A DNA stretch of 64,000 nucleotides from Candidatus Aegiribacteria sp. (GTDB taxonomy: Bacteria > Fermentibacterota > Fermentibacteria > Fermentibacterales > JCC-6): assembly GCA_046498225.1 (NCBI GenBank), contig JAWOBF010000043.1, positions 16,957 to 80,956 of the forward strand, in the 5' to 3' direction. Positions within the stretch are counted from its first letter, which is position 1, and every line of letters begins with the position of its first letter. The notes under the pieces were generated by a model. It worked only from the letters and a program-made list of their open reading frames with translations, did not search any database and was not told the origin of the DNA. Shown here piece after piece: positions 1 to 8,477 of the stretch. Made by a program: the position numbers and the translations under genes.

Positions 1-350
1 TGTTTCGCCAGCCTGTTCTTGGGGAGCATTCCCCTGACGGCTTTTCTGAGAATCCTGTCCGGGTGCTTCTGCAGCATCTCTTTCATGCTCGTGGTCTTTC
101 TGCCCCCGGGATATCCGGTGTGCCTTCCGTACTCCTTCTGCTCCAGCTTCCTTCCGGTGAAGTCCATCTTCTCCACATTGGTCACTACGACGAAGTCGCC
201 GGTGTCGATATGGGGAGTGTACACCGGTTTGTTCTTGCCCTGAAGAATTACGGCGATCCTGGATGCCAGTCTGCCGGGAGAGTGTCCGGCGGCGTCCACG
301 TGCCACCATTTCCTCTCGATCTCCCCCGTCTTGGCCGAATAAGTCTTCAC
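1..350 (-). CDS. rplM: 50S ribosomal protein L13 (N-terminal ~116 aa; gene continues past window start)
   Basis: Reverse-complement translation from GTG at 350 (GGAGG RBS upstream) gives VKTYSAKTGEIERKWWHVDAAGHSPGRLASRIAVILQGKNKPVYTPHIDTGDFVVV..., the canonical L13 N-terminus; not in the ORF track because it is truncated. Confidence 0.85.
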   Translation of the reverse strand, partial: MKTYSAKTGEIERKWWHVDAAGHSPGRLASRIAVILQGKNKPVYTPHIDTGDFVVVTNVEKMDFTGRKLEQKEYGRHTGYPGGRKTTSMKEMLQKHPDRILRKAVRGMLPKNRLAK

Positions 351-424
351 TTCTTACAAACCTCCACTATGGATAGCGTCCGAGCCCTCCAGTTTTCCGT
401 GAGATTGAAATAACTGGAACACAA

Positions 425-470
425 CATTTTATAATACCCCCTCGGCAAATGAAAAACGCACCTGTCCTCG
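425..470 (-). promoter_or_regulatory. candidate sigma70-like promoter upstream of rplM (TTCATT..16..TAAAAT on minus strand)
   Basis: AT-rich patch in otherwise GC-rich DNA ~80-120 nt upstream of the rplM start; hexamers read by eye. Confidence 0.2.
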
Positions 471-606
471 CTTCCCGCTCTCGTCTGCGCCCGCAACGCC
501 TTAGGCGAAAAACAGTCGACAGCGGAAACTCCGAAGGGAACCGCTAAACTGTTAGAATTTCAAGAGAAAGTCAAGGTCGGGGCCGATCCGCTCCCGGCGA
601 TGTCCA

Positions 607-1116
607 TCACCCATGGCCGCCGTCCAGCACTTTTTTCAGCATGTCCGGAGAACATACCCTCACTCCGCCTTTCCCGAGAACGGCCAGCAGTTCGTCGTTC
701 CAGCGGGCCGCCGCCACCCAGAGGGTGACGCCCGCCCTTTCAGCCGCGGCCGACCTGCCCACCAGGGACAGCGCCCTCTTTCCCGGGGGCACCCGGTGTG
801 CGAAGGACTGGGGCATGACCGCCACGCCGTCCCGAAAGAAAGGTATGAGGAGAGTTATTCCCTGCCACGGCTCCAGCCTCAGGGGCCGGCTGAAGCCCAT
901 GCCGCGCAGTTCCTCCCATACATGACCGTAGATGAACCTGCCCTGTCTCGACGGCAGAGGCTCACCCAGAACCGTCACGCCGGCGGCGGGGGGCGGAACA
1001 GGCGAACTGAGAACCCCTGCCATGACCTCGGGAAGATGGGAGGGGAGCGGTCCCGGATCCCCGATTATCCTTCTTCCCAGTTCGGTCCAGAAGAAGAGGT
1101 ACCACCTGTTTCTCAA
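607..1116 (-). CDS. hypothetical protein (169 aa) downstream of recX
   Basis: ORF with 4-nt overlap to recX stop; no family recognised by eye. Confidence 0.35.
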   Translation of the reverse strand: MRNRWYLFFWTELGRRIIGDPGPLPSHLPEVMAGVLSSPVPPPAAGVTVLGEPLPSRQGRFIYGHVWEELRGMGFSRPLRLEPWQGITLLIPFFRDGVAVMPQSFAHRVPPGKRALSLVGRSAAAERAGVTLWVAAARWNDELLAVLGKGGVRVCSPDMLKKVLDGGHG

Positions 1117-1751
1117 TCCGGCGGCCCCCCGGAAGAGCCAAGAGCCTCCTCCAGCACCCTTCGCACCAGGTCGAAACTGAAGCCTCTTCTCCTGAGATAT
1201 CCGGATGCTCTGCGGAAAGCCCTTTGATGTTCCATATTCCCGTACTTCCCTTCGATCTCCCTGACCAGGACAGAGTGGAGCTCTTCCTCGTCACGGCCGG
1301 CCAGGATTTCCTCAACCACATTCGAAGGGACCCCCCGCTCAAGAAGCTCCATCCTTATTCGAAAGTTGCCCATGGGAGACCTGCGAGAGTGGCTGCTTAC
1401 GAAAATTTCCGCGTACCGCCTGTCATTCACAAGTCCGGTGTCCGTCGCCCATCCGCTGATATCGCTCACCACCGCGGAATGGTAGCCCCTTCTTTCCAGG
1501 TAGGAGCGAAGCTGCTTCATGGTACGCTCGCCGGCCGAGATATACCTCTGCGCATCGCTTCCGGCCCGGGGGAGCTGCTCCCGGCGCGCCAGCCCGTCCA
1601 TTTCCGCAGGCAGCACCGGCAGGCCGGGGCGGATGCCCGCGCTGTCCACCGCCCTCTCCGGCAGAAGCCAGGACCCTTCGGTCGCGCGCACCAGGACCCA
1701 TCCTTTCCTGACCTTCTCGATGTCGGTTACCGGGACGCGGTTATTCCCCAT
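1113..1751 (-). CDS. recX: recombination regulator RecX
   Basis: Immediately downstream of recA with overlap; C-terminal [16 protein letters not shown] resembles RecX repeats. Confidence 0.75.
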   Translation of the reverse strand: MGNNRVPVTDIEKVRKGWVLVRATEGSWLLPERAVDSAGIRPGLPVLPAEMDGLARREQLPRAGSDAQRYISAGERTMKQLRSYLERRGYHSAVVSDISGWATDTGLVNDRRYAEIFVSSHSRRSPMGNFRIRMELLERGVPSNVVEEILAGRDEEELHSVLVREIEGKYGNMEHQRAFRRASGYLRRRGFSFDLVRRVLEEALGSSGGPPD

Positions 1752-2790
1752 CCTCCTGCTTCTCTTCAGCTGCGCCCCCGGGGCTCGGAATGCTCAGCTT
1801 CTCCCTTATCTGGCTTTCCAGCTGCTGGGCCAGCTCCGGGTTCTCGACCAGGAAGACCCTGCTTTTCTCCTTGCCCTGCCCAAGCTGGATATCACCCATG
1901 GAGTACCATGTGCCTCTCCTGGTCACCAGGTCGTTCTCCATTCCCAGGTCGATCAGTTCACTTTCCCTGGAGATACCGTACCCGTGGAGTATATCGCACT
2001 CCGCCTTCCTGAATGGGGGGGCCAGCTTGTTCTTCACCACCTTGATGCGGGTCCTGCTTCCGATGATGTCCTCTCCGTCCTTGAGAGAGGCCACCCGCCT
2101 GACGTCCAGCCTCACGCTGCTGTAGAATTTCAGCGCCCTGCCTCCGGTAGTGGTCTCCGGATTGCCGAACATCACGCCTATCTTCATCCTTATCTGGTTT
2201 ATGAAGACCACCGCGCACTTGGACTGGGAGACGACGCCGGTGAGCTTCCTCAGCGCCTGGGACATGAGGCGGGCCTGAAGACCCACGTGGCTGTCCCCCA
2301 TCTCCCCCTCTATCTCTGCCCTGGGCACCAGGGCGGCCACCGAATCGATTACCACCACGTCCACCGCGTTGCTCCTGACCAGCATCTCGGTTATCTCCAG
2401 GGCCTGTTCGCCGTTGGATGGCTGGGACACCAGCAGATCGTCGATATTGACTCCCAGGTTTTCCGAATAGACGGGATCCAGCGCGTGTTCCGCGTCGATG
2501 AAGGCCACCTCGCCTCCCAGCTTCTGGGCGCTGGCTATTATGTGGAGGGCCAGGGTGGTCTTGCCGGACGCCTCGGCTCCGTAGATCTCGGTCACCCTCC
2601 CCCTGGGAATCCCACCGATGCCCAGCGCCGCGTCGAGGGCGATGGACCCGGTGGGTATTACGTCCACCTTCATGTGAACGTTCTCTCCCAGTCTCATAAC
2701 CGCGCCCTGGCCGAACTGCTTCTGTATCTGGTGGAAAGCCGCTTTAAGCGCTTTATCCCTGTCCTCGGAACCGCTCTTCTTACCCGCCAT
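1741..2790 (-). CDS. recA: recombinase RecA
   Basis: [13 protein letters not shown] Walker [11 protein letters not shown], loop L2 [35 protein letters not shown]; start set at ATG 2790 (MAGKK) preceded by GAGAGGTGA RBS; ORF-track M1 at 2829 lacks RBS. Confidence 0.95.
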   Translation of the reverse strand: MAGKKSGSEDRDKALKAAFHQIQKQFGQGAVMRLGENVHMKVDVIPTGSIALDAALGIGGIPRGRVTEIYGAEASGKTTLALHIIASAQKLGGEVAFIDAEHALDPVYSENLGVNIDDLLVSQPSNGEQALEITEMLVRSNAVDVVVIDSVAALVPRAEIEGEMGDSHVGLQARLMSQALRKLTGVVSQSKCAVVFINQIRMKIGVMFGNPETTTGGRALKFYSSVRLDVRRVASLKDGEDIIGSRTRIKVVKNKLAPPFRKAECDILHGYGISRESELIDLGMENDLVTRRGTWYSMGDIQLGQGKEKSRVFLVENPELAQQLESQIREKLSIPSPGGAAEEKQEDGE

Positions 2791-2809
2791 GGGATCACCT
2801 CTCAGATTG

Positions 2810-3331
2810 TTATAACTCGTATCTTTCAAGAAATGTGTATTCCGGCCCTTCGGAGGTCAATCTGCTGTCGACCAGCGCGGCCCGGGTGATGACGCCCCCT
2901 ATCCCCTCAACCGGCCCCGGCAGGCTGACCGGGAGCCCGCCCCGGCGCCTGGCGACGGTAAGGTGGGGCAGGAACCTCCTGCCGAGGACGGCGCCTTTCC
3001 CGTCCGGTATCGCTCCCAGCCTTCGCGCCTGTTCCATAACTTCCACTGGAAATTCCCCTCCGAGCCAGTATACAGAAGGAGAGCCTTTTCTGCCAAAGGA
3101 GCCCACCCCGGAAAGAGTGAAACCGAGAGGTCCGGGGCGCCACTCCGCCATGGTTCCCCTCACCCTCTCCAGAATATCCTTGCCGATGTCGCCGTAGAAG
3201 CGGAGTGTAATGTGCATATTGTCAACGGACACCCATTTCAGGGAGGGGTACCGGGAGATCAGCGGGCTCTGCCATTCGGCGATCATCCTCAGGGACTCCT
3301 CCGGCAGCTCCAGGGCGGCGAACACTCTCAT
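2810..3331 (-). CDS. thpR: RNA 2',3'-cyclic phosphodiesterase (2H family, ThpR/LigT-like)
   Basis: Two H-x-T-x motifs (HITLRF and HLTVAR) about 85 residues apart in 173 aa. Confidence 0.7.
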   Translation of the reverse strand: MRVFAALELPEESLRMIAEWQSPLISRYPSLKWVSVDNMHITLRFYGDIGKDILERVRGTMAEWRPGPLGFTLSGVGSFGRKGSPSVYWLGGEFPVEVMEQARRLGAIPDGKGAVLGRRFLPHLTVARRRGGLPVSLPGPVEGIGGVITRAALVDSRLTSEGPEYTFLERYEL

Positions 3332-3822
3332 ACCTCCGGCTCCCTCAGATAATGGTGGAGTTCACGAAGGATGAACCGGGATGCCCCGGTCCTTACCTCT
3401 TCCCGGTTTCCGCCGAACAGTTCTTCCCAGGTCCGGCATCCATCTTCACCGCGGAGCGCCATACAGACGGTGCCCACAGGTTTTTCCGGTGTTCCTCCCC
3501 CGGGGCCCGCTATACCCGTGACGGCGAGGGCCAGGTCGGTGCCGGCCCGCTCCATTATTCCTGCGGCCATGGCGGCGGCCGTCCTGCGGCTAACCGCTCC
3601 GGTGCTTTCGATGACAGCTTCCGGCACGTTCAGAAGGTCAACCTTCAGCCGGTTCGAATAGGCTATGACACCTCCGGCGAACCAGTCCGACGCCCCGGCA
3701 GCAGATGTAAGAAGGCCGCCCAGCAGCCCGCCGGTGCATGACTCCGCCACCGACAGGGTCTTCCCTGCCCGGCGCAGCAGGTTGCCCGTCCTCAGGACCA
3801 GTTCGCGGTCAGACAGCGCCAT
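3328..3822 (-). CDS. pncC: CinA C-terminal-domain protein / NMN amidohydrolase PncC-like
   Basis: LSVAESCTGGLLGGLLT...AYSNRLKVDLLNVP...TGIAGPGGGTPEKPVGTV typical of CinA_C; start moved to ATG 3822 (MALSD) to avoid large overlap with pgpA. Confidence 0.75.
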   Translation of the reverse strand: MALSDRELVLRTGNLLRRAGKTLSVAESCTGGLLGGLLTSAAGASDWFAGGVIAYSNRLKVDLLNVPEAVIESTGAVSRRTAAAMAAGIMERAGTDLALAVTGIAGPGGGTPEKPVGTVCMALRGEDGCRTWEELFGGNREEVRTGASRFILRELHHYLREPEV

Positions 3823-4276
3823 GGAGCAGGCTCCCCGCAAGGACGGATCCGGCGGCCATGACGCCCGCCGCAACATCATCGAGCAGTATTCCCGCCGCGG
3901 AGTCCATTTCGTCGAAGCGGGAGACGGGCCATGGCTTGAATATGTCAAACACCCTGAACAGGACGAAGGCTGCGGCGACCCCCGGTATCCCCCAGCCGGC
4001 GGGTACGGCCATGCATGCTATCCAGCAGCCGGCGAACTCGTCTATAACCACCCTGGAGGGGTCAGCCCCCCAGCTGTTCCTGCCCGCCAGGCAGCCCCAG
4101 TAGCCGAGTACCAGGAAGAGGGCGCACAGCCCCCAGACCAGGATACCGTCCGGCCGGACGACGACGAACAGCGCGGCGGATACCATGCTGCCGGCGGTAC
4201 CCGGCGCCAGGGGGAAGTAACCCGCGCCGAGAACGGTAGCCACCAGCCTTCCGGCGGCGGGAAACACTCCCTTCAC
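3809..4276 (-). CDS. pgpA: phosphatidylglycerophosphatase A
   Basis: GTAGSMVSAALF, VVIDEFAGCW, LFRVFDIFKPWP motifs of PgpA. Confidence 0.8.
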   Translation of the reverse strand: MKGVFPAAGRLVATVLGAGYFPLAPGTAGSMVSAALFVVVRPDGILVWGLCALFLVLGYWGCLAGRNSWGADPSRVVIDEFAGCWIACMAVPAGWGIPGVAAAFVLFRVFDIFKPWPVSRFDEMDSAAGILLDDVAAGVMAAGSVLAGSLLHGAV

Positions 4277-4884
4277 AGCACCAGTCTCCTGATTATCGAC
4301 CTGTTCCGCCAGAAGTAATCCACAGCCGATATCACAGCGAGAAGCACCGCCAGGACCAGGATGATATCGGCCGAGAACAGCAGTGCCCCGCCGCCGGTGG
4401 AGAGGTCCATGCCCGAATGGTAGAGGAAGGCCGTCCTTCCGGTGCTTTCATGGTACAGCACCGAGTAGAGAAGGTAGAGGAACATGGACAGCATCTGGGT
4501 GGAGGTCTTGTATTTGCCCGTTCTGGAGGGCAGTATGAGAACTCCCGCGTAAGCGGCGATGGAGCGCAGGCCGGTCACCAGAAGCTCCCGTCCTATGATA
4601 AGGTAGAGAGCCCAGCCGGGCACCAGGTCTATCTGGTTCAGGCCGATGAGGGCCAGGGCAATGAGCAGCTTGTCCGCCAGGGGATCCAGGAACTTGCCCA
4701 GGTTGGTCACCCAGCCGTACCTCCTGGCCAGGTAGCCGTCGTAGAGATCGGTTATGGAAGCGATGAAGAACACACCCAGGGCGGCTATCCTGGATTCCTG
4801 CCTGTTGTCGATGAGAAGCACCATGAAGACCGGGCTGAGGAGTATCCTCAGGATCGACAGCCTGTTTGGCCAGTTGAGCTGCAA
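4273..4884 (-). CDS. pgsA: CDP-diacylglycerol--glycerol-3-phosphate 3-phosphatidyltransferase
   Basis: CDP-alcohol phosphatidyltransferase motif DLYDGYLARRYG...GKFLDPLADK; 4-nt overlap with pgpA. Confidence 0.8.
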   Translation of the reverse strand: MQLNWPNRLSILRILLSPVFMVLLIDNRQESRIAALGVFFIASITDLYDGYLARRYGWVTNLGKFLDPLADKLLIALALIGLNQIDLVPGWALYLIIGRELLVTGLRSIAAYAGVLILPSRTGKYKTSTQMLSMFLYLLYSVLYHESTGRTAFLYHSGMDLSTGGGALLFSADIILVLAVLLAVISAVDYFWRNRSIIRRLVL

Positions 4885-4887
4885 TTC

Positions 4888-5475
4888 TCAGACTCTCTGT
4901 CGCCCCTGGAAGGCCTGGCTCAGAGTGAGGGAATCCGCGAATTCCACCGACGCTCCCGGAGGAAGCCCCCGGGCGAGCCTGGTCACCTTCACCGACCGGT
5001 CCGCCAGTATTCTGGAGAGGTAGACGGAAGTTGCCTCACCGTCCGCGGTGGAATCCAGGGCCAGTATTATCTCGTCCGCTTCGTACCTGTCAACCATCTT
5101 CCTGAGCTTGTCAATGCCCAGCTCGTCGGGACCCATTCCGTCCAGAGGGGCCAGAAAGCCATGCAGAACGAAATATTTGCCTCTGTACAGGCCCGCGTCC
5201 TCTATGGACCGCTGGTCCGCCGGATTGTGGACCACGCATATCGAATCTCCGCGGGAGGGGTTCGAGCAGATGTCGCAGACATCCTTCTCCGTTATGTTCC
5301 TGCAGATGGAGCATTCACCAAGGTTCTTCCAGACCAGGTGAAGGACCTCTGAGAAATCACTGGCCAGCTCCCGGTCGTCCACGATGCTGAAAGCCAGCCT
5401 GGTGGCTGTCTTCTTCCCAATTCCGGGAAGCCTCTGAAGCTGTTCAACCAGTCTGTCGAACAGGTCGGAACTCAC
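4888..5475 (-). CDS. recR: recombination protein RecR
   Basis: N-terminal HhH LPGIGKKTATRLAF, C4 zinc finger CSICRN...CDIC, Toprim DxxD region. Confidence 0.9.
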   Translation of the reverse strand: MSSDLFDRLVEQLQRLPGIGKKTATRLAFSIVDDRELASDFSEVLHLVWKNLGECSICRNITEKDVCDICSNPSRGDSICVVHNPADQRSIEDAGLYRGKYFVLHGFLAPLDGMGPDELGIDKLRKMVDRYEADEIILALDSTADGEATSVYLSRILADRSVKVTRLARGLPPGASVEFADSLTLSQAFQGRQRV

Positions 5476-5786
5476 ATCAGGCCTCCCAGTCCCGGAAGCC
5501 CCAGGGATTCCATCTTCTCCCGGGAGAGTTCCTTGCTCTCCTTCACCGCGTTCCTCACCGCCACCAGGATAAGGTCCTCCAGCATCTCCACGTCGTCCGG
5601 GTCCACCGTGTCGGGGGAGATGGATATCTCCACGAGCTCTCCCTGTCCGGTCACCACCGCGCGCACCATGCCCTCGGCGGCGATGCCCTCCACCCGTTCC
5701 TCGGCCAGGTCTTCCTGTACCTTCATCACACCGGCCTGCATCTGCTGTGCCTGGGCCATCATCTTCTTGAGCTGTTTCTGGTTCAT
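5472..5786 (-). CDS. ybaB: nucleoid-associated protein YbaB/EbfC
   Basis: 104 aa, MNQKQLKKMMAQAQQMQ... typical YbaB; sits between dnaX and recR. Confidence 0.85.
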   Translation of the reverse strand: MNQKQLKKMMAQAQQMQAGVMKVQEDLAEERVEGIAAEGMVRAVVTGQGELVEISISPDTVDPDDVEMLEDLILVAVRNAVKESKELSREKMESLGLPGLGGLM

Positions 5787-5810
5787 TTATCCTCTCCGTC
5801 TCCGTTCCCG

Positions 5811-7169
5811 TCAGACGGCATCGAAGAGCCCCAGGATCTCCTGTGACGTCTCCTTTTCCTTTTCCCTGTCCATTTCCTCATCGCCGCCCGTTTTCTTCTC
5901 CCGCTCTTCCCGCGAATCCGCGACCGTCTCCTCTGCCGGGGCCGGGTCCTCCACGGCCGCCTCTTCCAGGGGCCTGTCCTCCGAGGTGGACGGTTCCACC
6001 TTCGGGGGGACGCGAGACGCTTCCACACTCCCGGCCGAAGCCAGTGTTTCAGACACCCCGGGAAGATCGTCGATGGAAAACACCCTGGAAAGCTTCGAAG
6101 CGGTCATCACCGCCGTCTCCAGGGTGACCCGGGGAAGATTGCTTCTTTTGACCTCGGTGGAGGCGCTGCTCATGATCCGCAGGATGTTCAGCACCGCCAC
6201 GTCCGGGACACCGGCCGAAAGCTTCTTAAGGAGCTGTATCTCCGACTCCGGTACCTCCCTGAGACTCTCCGACGCGCCGGTCACCACCAGAAGGAGGTTC
6301 CTCAGAAAAGAAATGAACGCGTCCAGCAGTTCGTCGACGCTGTATCCCTCGGACAGAGCCCTGGAGACCCTGTCGATAGCCCCGGGAGTGTCTCCGGCCA
6401 GCACGCTGGCGGCTACCGAGGCCAGCAGGTCGGTTTCCACCATTCCCAGAAGCCTGGCAACCTCCTCGCCGCGTATGTCGTTGCCGGAGAAGCTGACCAG
6501 CTGGTCCATCAGTGAAAGCGCGTCGCGCATGCTTCCGCCGCTGGCCCGGCATATCAGGCTCAGGGCAGAGCTGTCCAGCTTGATATTCTCTCCAGCCGCC
6601 TCCCTGCTCAGATATTCCGACATGTCCGAGACCGGGATCCGCCTGAAATCGAACCTCTGGCACCGGCTGAGTATGGTGTCCGGAACTTTCCTCGGCTGCG
6701 TGGTGGCAAAAATGAAGACAACGGAGTCCGGGGGTTCCTCCAGTATCTTGAGAAGCGCGTTGAACGCCTCGTTGGTGAGCATGTGGACCTCATCGATGAT
6801 GTATATCCTGTACCTGCCGGTAGCGGTGGCGTAGCGGGCCTTCTCCCTCAGGTCCCTTATCTGGTCGATGCCCCTGTTGCTGGCACCGTCTATCTCCCTT
6901 ACGTCAATATGGCTTCCGGCGGTGATGCTCCTGCAGGCCTCGCACTTCTGACATGGCTGTGATATGGGGCCGCTCTCACAGTTCAGGGCCTTGGCGAATA
7001 TCCTTGCCGTGGTGGTCTTTCCCACTCCCCGGGGACCGGTCAGCAGGTATGCGTGACCTATTCTGCCTTTATCTATGGCGTTCTTGAGGGTAACTGTGAC
7101 ATGTTCCTGGGACAGTACCTCTTCAAAGGACTGCGGCCGCCATTTCCTTGCGAAGACCAGATAGCTCAA
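5811..7169 (-). CDS. dnaX: DNA polymerase III subunit gamma/tau (short form)
   Basis: GPRGVGKTT Walker A, zinc module CQKCEACRSI, DEVHML, SRCQRFDFRRI. Confidence 0.9.
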   Translation of the reverse strand: MSYLVFARKWRPQSFEEVLSQEHVTVTLKNAIDKGRIGHAYLLTGPRGVGKTTTARIFAKALNCESGPISQPCQKCEACRSITAGSHIDVREIDGASNRGIDQIRDLREKARYATATGRYRIYIIDEVHMLTNEAFNALLKILEEPPDSVVFIFATTQPRKVPDTILSRCQRFDFRRIPVSDMSEYLSREAAGENIKLDSSALSLICRASGGSMRDALSLMDQLVSFSGNDIRGEEVARLLGMVETDLLASVAASVLAGDTPGAIDRVSRALSEGYSVDELLDAFISFLRNLLLVVTGASESLREVPESEIQLLKKLSAGVPDVAVLNILRIMSSASTEVKRSNLPRVTLETAVMTASKLSRVFSIDDLPGVSETLASAGSVEASRVPPKVEPSTSEDRPLEEAAVEDPAPAEETVADSREEREKKTGGDEEMDREKEKETSQEILGLFDAV

Positions 7170-7187
7170 ATGCTCCTCCGTTCCTGT

Positions 7188-7468
7188 GGTAGGCCGGCCG
7201 TACGGGTCTGCTGGACAGGCCTCACGGGACGCATGCCGCAGCCAGCTCAGGCCAGGTTGTCCTGCGTCGCCCGCCAGACACCGCTTACCGCTGCTACCTT
7301 CCGGTCCTGACGGGGTTCACGGGCTGACGCCGCGCAGGTCCTGACCCTCAACACCGCTTGCATACATGCAGACCCGCTGCGCGCTGCCGCACAGATCGTT
7401 CGGCCCCGCTGCAGCGGATTGCGGGTACAGGGCACCGCTAGCTCCCCGCCTAGCACGGCCGGCGGGCT
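7188..7468 (-). ncRNA. ffs: signal recognition particle RNA, long (Alu-domain-containing) form
   Basis: Minus-strand sequence ...GUCAGGACCGGAAGGUAGCAGCGG... at ~7285-7315 matches the conserved SRP domain IV motif; terminal helix GCCGGCCGU (RC of 7455-7463) pairs with ACGGCCGGC (RC of 7192-7201); canonical position upstream of dnaX. Confidence 0.65.
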
Positions 7469-7510
7469 GAATATACAAGTACATGACACATGGGAGAAGA
7501 GGGGGGTGAG

Positions 7511-8122
7511 CTAATTCCGCTCCAGCGGCAGTACGGTCTCACCGCTGGGCAACGGGTCCTGTGCCCGGTTTTCCGGAGTGACTGCGGCCTCATTCCTGCA
7601 CAGAACGGCGGCCGCTGTCAGCCCCGCCAGGATGACCAGCAGCGCGTACAGGATTCTCCTTGCGCTTATCCCCTTCAGAATTCCATCGGACCTGCAGCAT
7701 CTTACCGCCGCTGCGCTTCCGCCGCTCCCTTTGAAGCGGACCCTGGTCCCGGCCACCATTTCCTCCAGGCATTTATCCAGATTATTCCGGCACCCGCGGG
7801 CAAGACCCGCTGCCGAAGGGGTACCGGCCAGCCCTCGCAGTCCTCCGGTAACCAGGACAACGGACTGCCCGGGCTGAAGGTCCACATCCATCACGGTTCC
7901 CTTTTCCAGTTCTACGGCGAGGCTGTCTTCCAGACCCTTTCCGCATAGAAAGGCCCCGCAGCTTCCCGCCGAGTAGACCCGGACATCTCCATCCAGCACG
8001 GCCGCGGCGGCAATGGACAGACTGGGACTTTCGCCCGGGGAAACGGCCAGTCCGTCCATGCAGTCCTTCAGTACGTCCCCCGCACCGTACGCGACACCCT
8101 CGGCGAAGGTGTCACGAACCAT
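7511..8122 (-). CDS. degenerate PP2C/SpoIIE-like phosphatase domain protein with C-terminal TM segment (N-terminal boundary uncertain)
   Basis: DGDVRVYSAGSCGAFLCGKG and LQPGQSVVLVTGGL resemble the SpoIIE/RsbU phosphatase fold (…YANAGH…/…LEPGD.LLLYTDGL…); ORF-track N-terminus 8123-8476 overlaps tRNA-Ala so is not coding as drawn. Confidence 0.35.
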   Translation of the reverse strand: MVRDTFAEGVAYGAGDVLKDCMDGLAVSPGESPSLSIAAAAVLDGDVRVYSAGSCGAFLCGKGLEDSLAVELEKGTVMDVDLQPGQSVVLVTGGLRGLAGTPSAAGLARGCRNNLDKCLEEMVAGTRVRFKGSGGSAAAVRCCRSDGILKGISARRILYALLVILAGLTAAAVLCRNEAAVTPENRAQDPLPSGETVLPLERN

Positions 8123-8348
8123 GTTCACGGCATTCTTTACGGAAAGGTACGCGGAAGGGGGACCTTCGGCCACCACGGCGACTCCTGCAACCGCCGGCGT
8201 TCCCCTGAAACCATCCGCGTGAGAGCCTGTGCGGGAGCCTATCCTTCCGGGCTGGTTCAGCCAGGAGATCTCCAGCCGGACCCGGGTCTTCAAGACCGGA
8301 CCGCCAGGGACCCGCTTCGGCCTGCTCTTCCGGAGGGAATGGAGGGGG

Positions 8349-8424
8349 TGGTGGAGATGAGCGGGATCGAACCGCCGACCTCTGCCTTGCGAAGGCAGCG
8401 CTCTGCCAGCTGAGCTACATCCCC
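8349..8424 (-). tRNA. tRNA-Ala (anticodon CGC), CCA encoded
   Basis: Cloverleaf read from reverse complement: GGGGAUGUAGCUCAGCUGG...CUGCCUUCGCAAGGCAG...GGUUCGAUCCCGCUCAUCUCCACCA; G3:U70 Ala identity pair. Confidence 0.9.
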
Positions 8425-8477
8425 ACGAACCGCCCTGCGGAATAGATGAAAATACACCGGTGGGCCGGCCTGGCACA

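Noticed and set aside
1224-2889. Long plus-strand ORFs (262 and 456 aa) across recA/recX
   Set aside because: Antisense to unmistakable RecA/RecX coding sequence; Pro/Arg/Gly-rich translations typical of high-GC antisense frames
5533-6834. 433-aa plus-strand ORF
   Set aside because: Antisense of dnaX; Ser/Arg-rich low-complexity product
8123-8476. N-terminal 118 aa of ORF 7511-8476
   Set aside because: Runs straight through tRNA-Ala (8349-8424); start moved downstream
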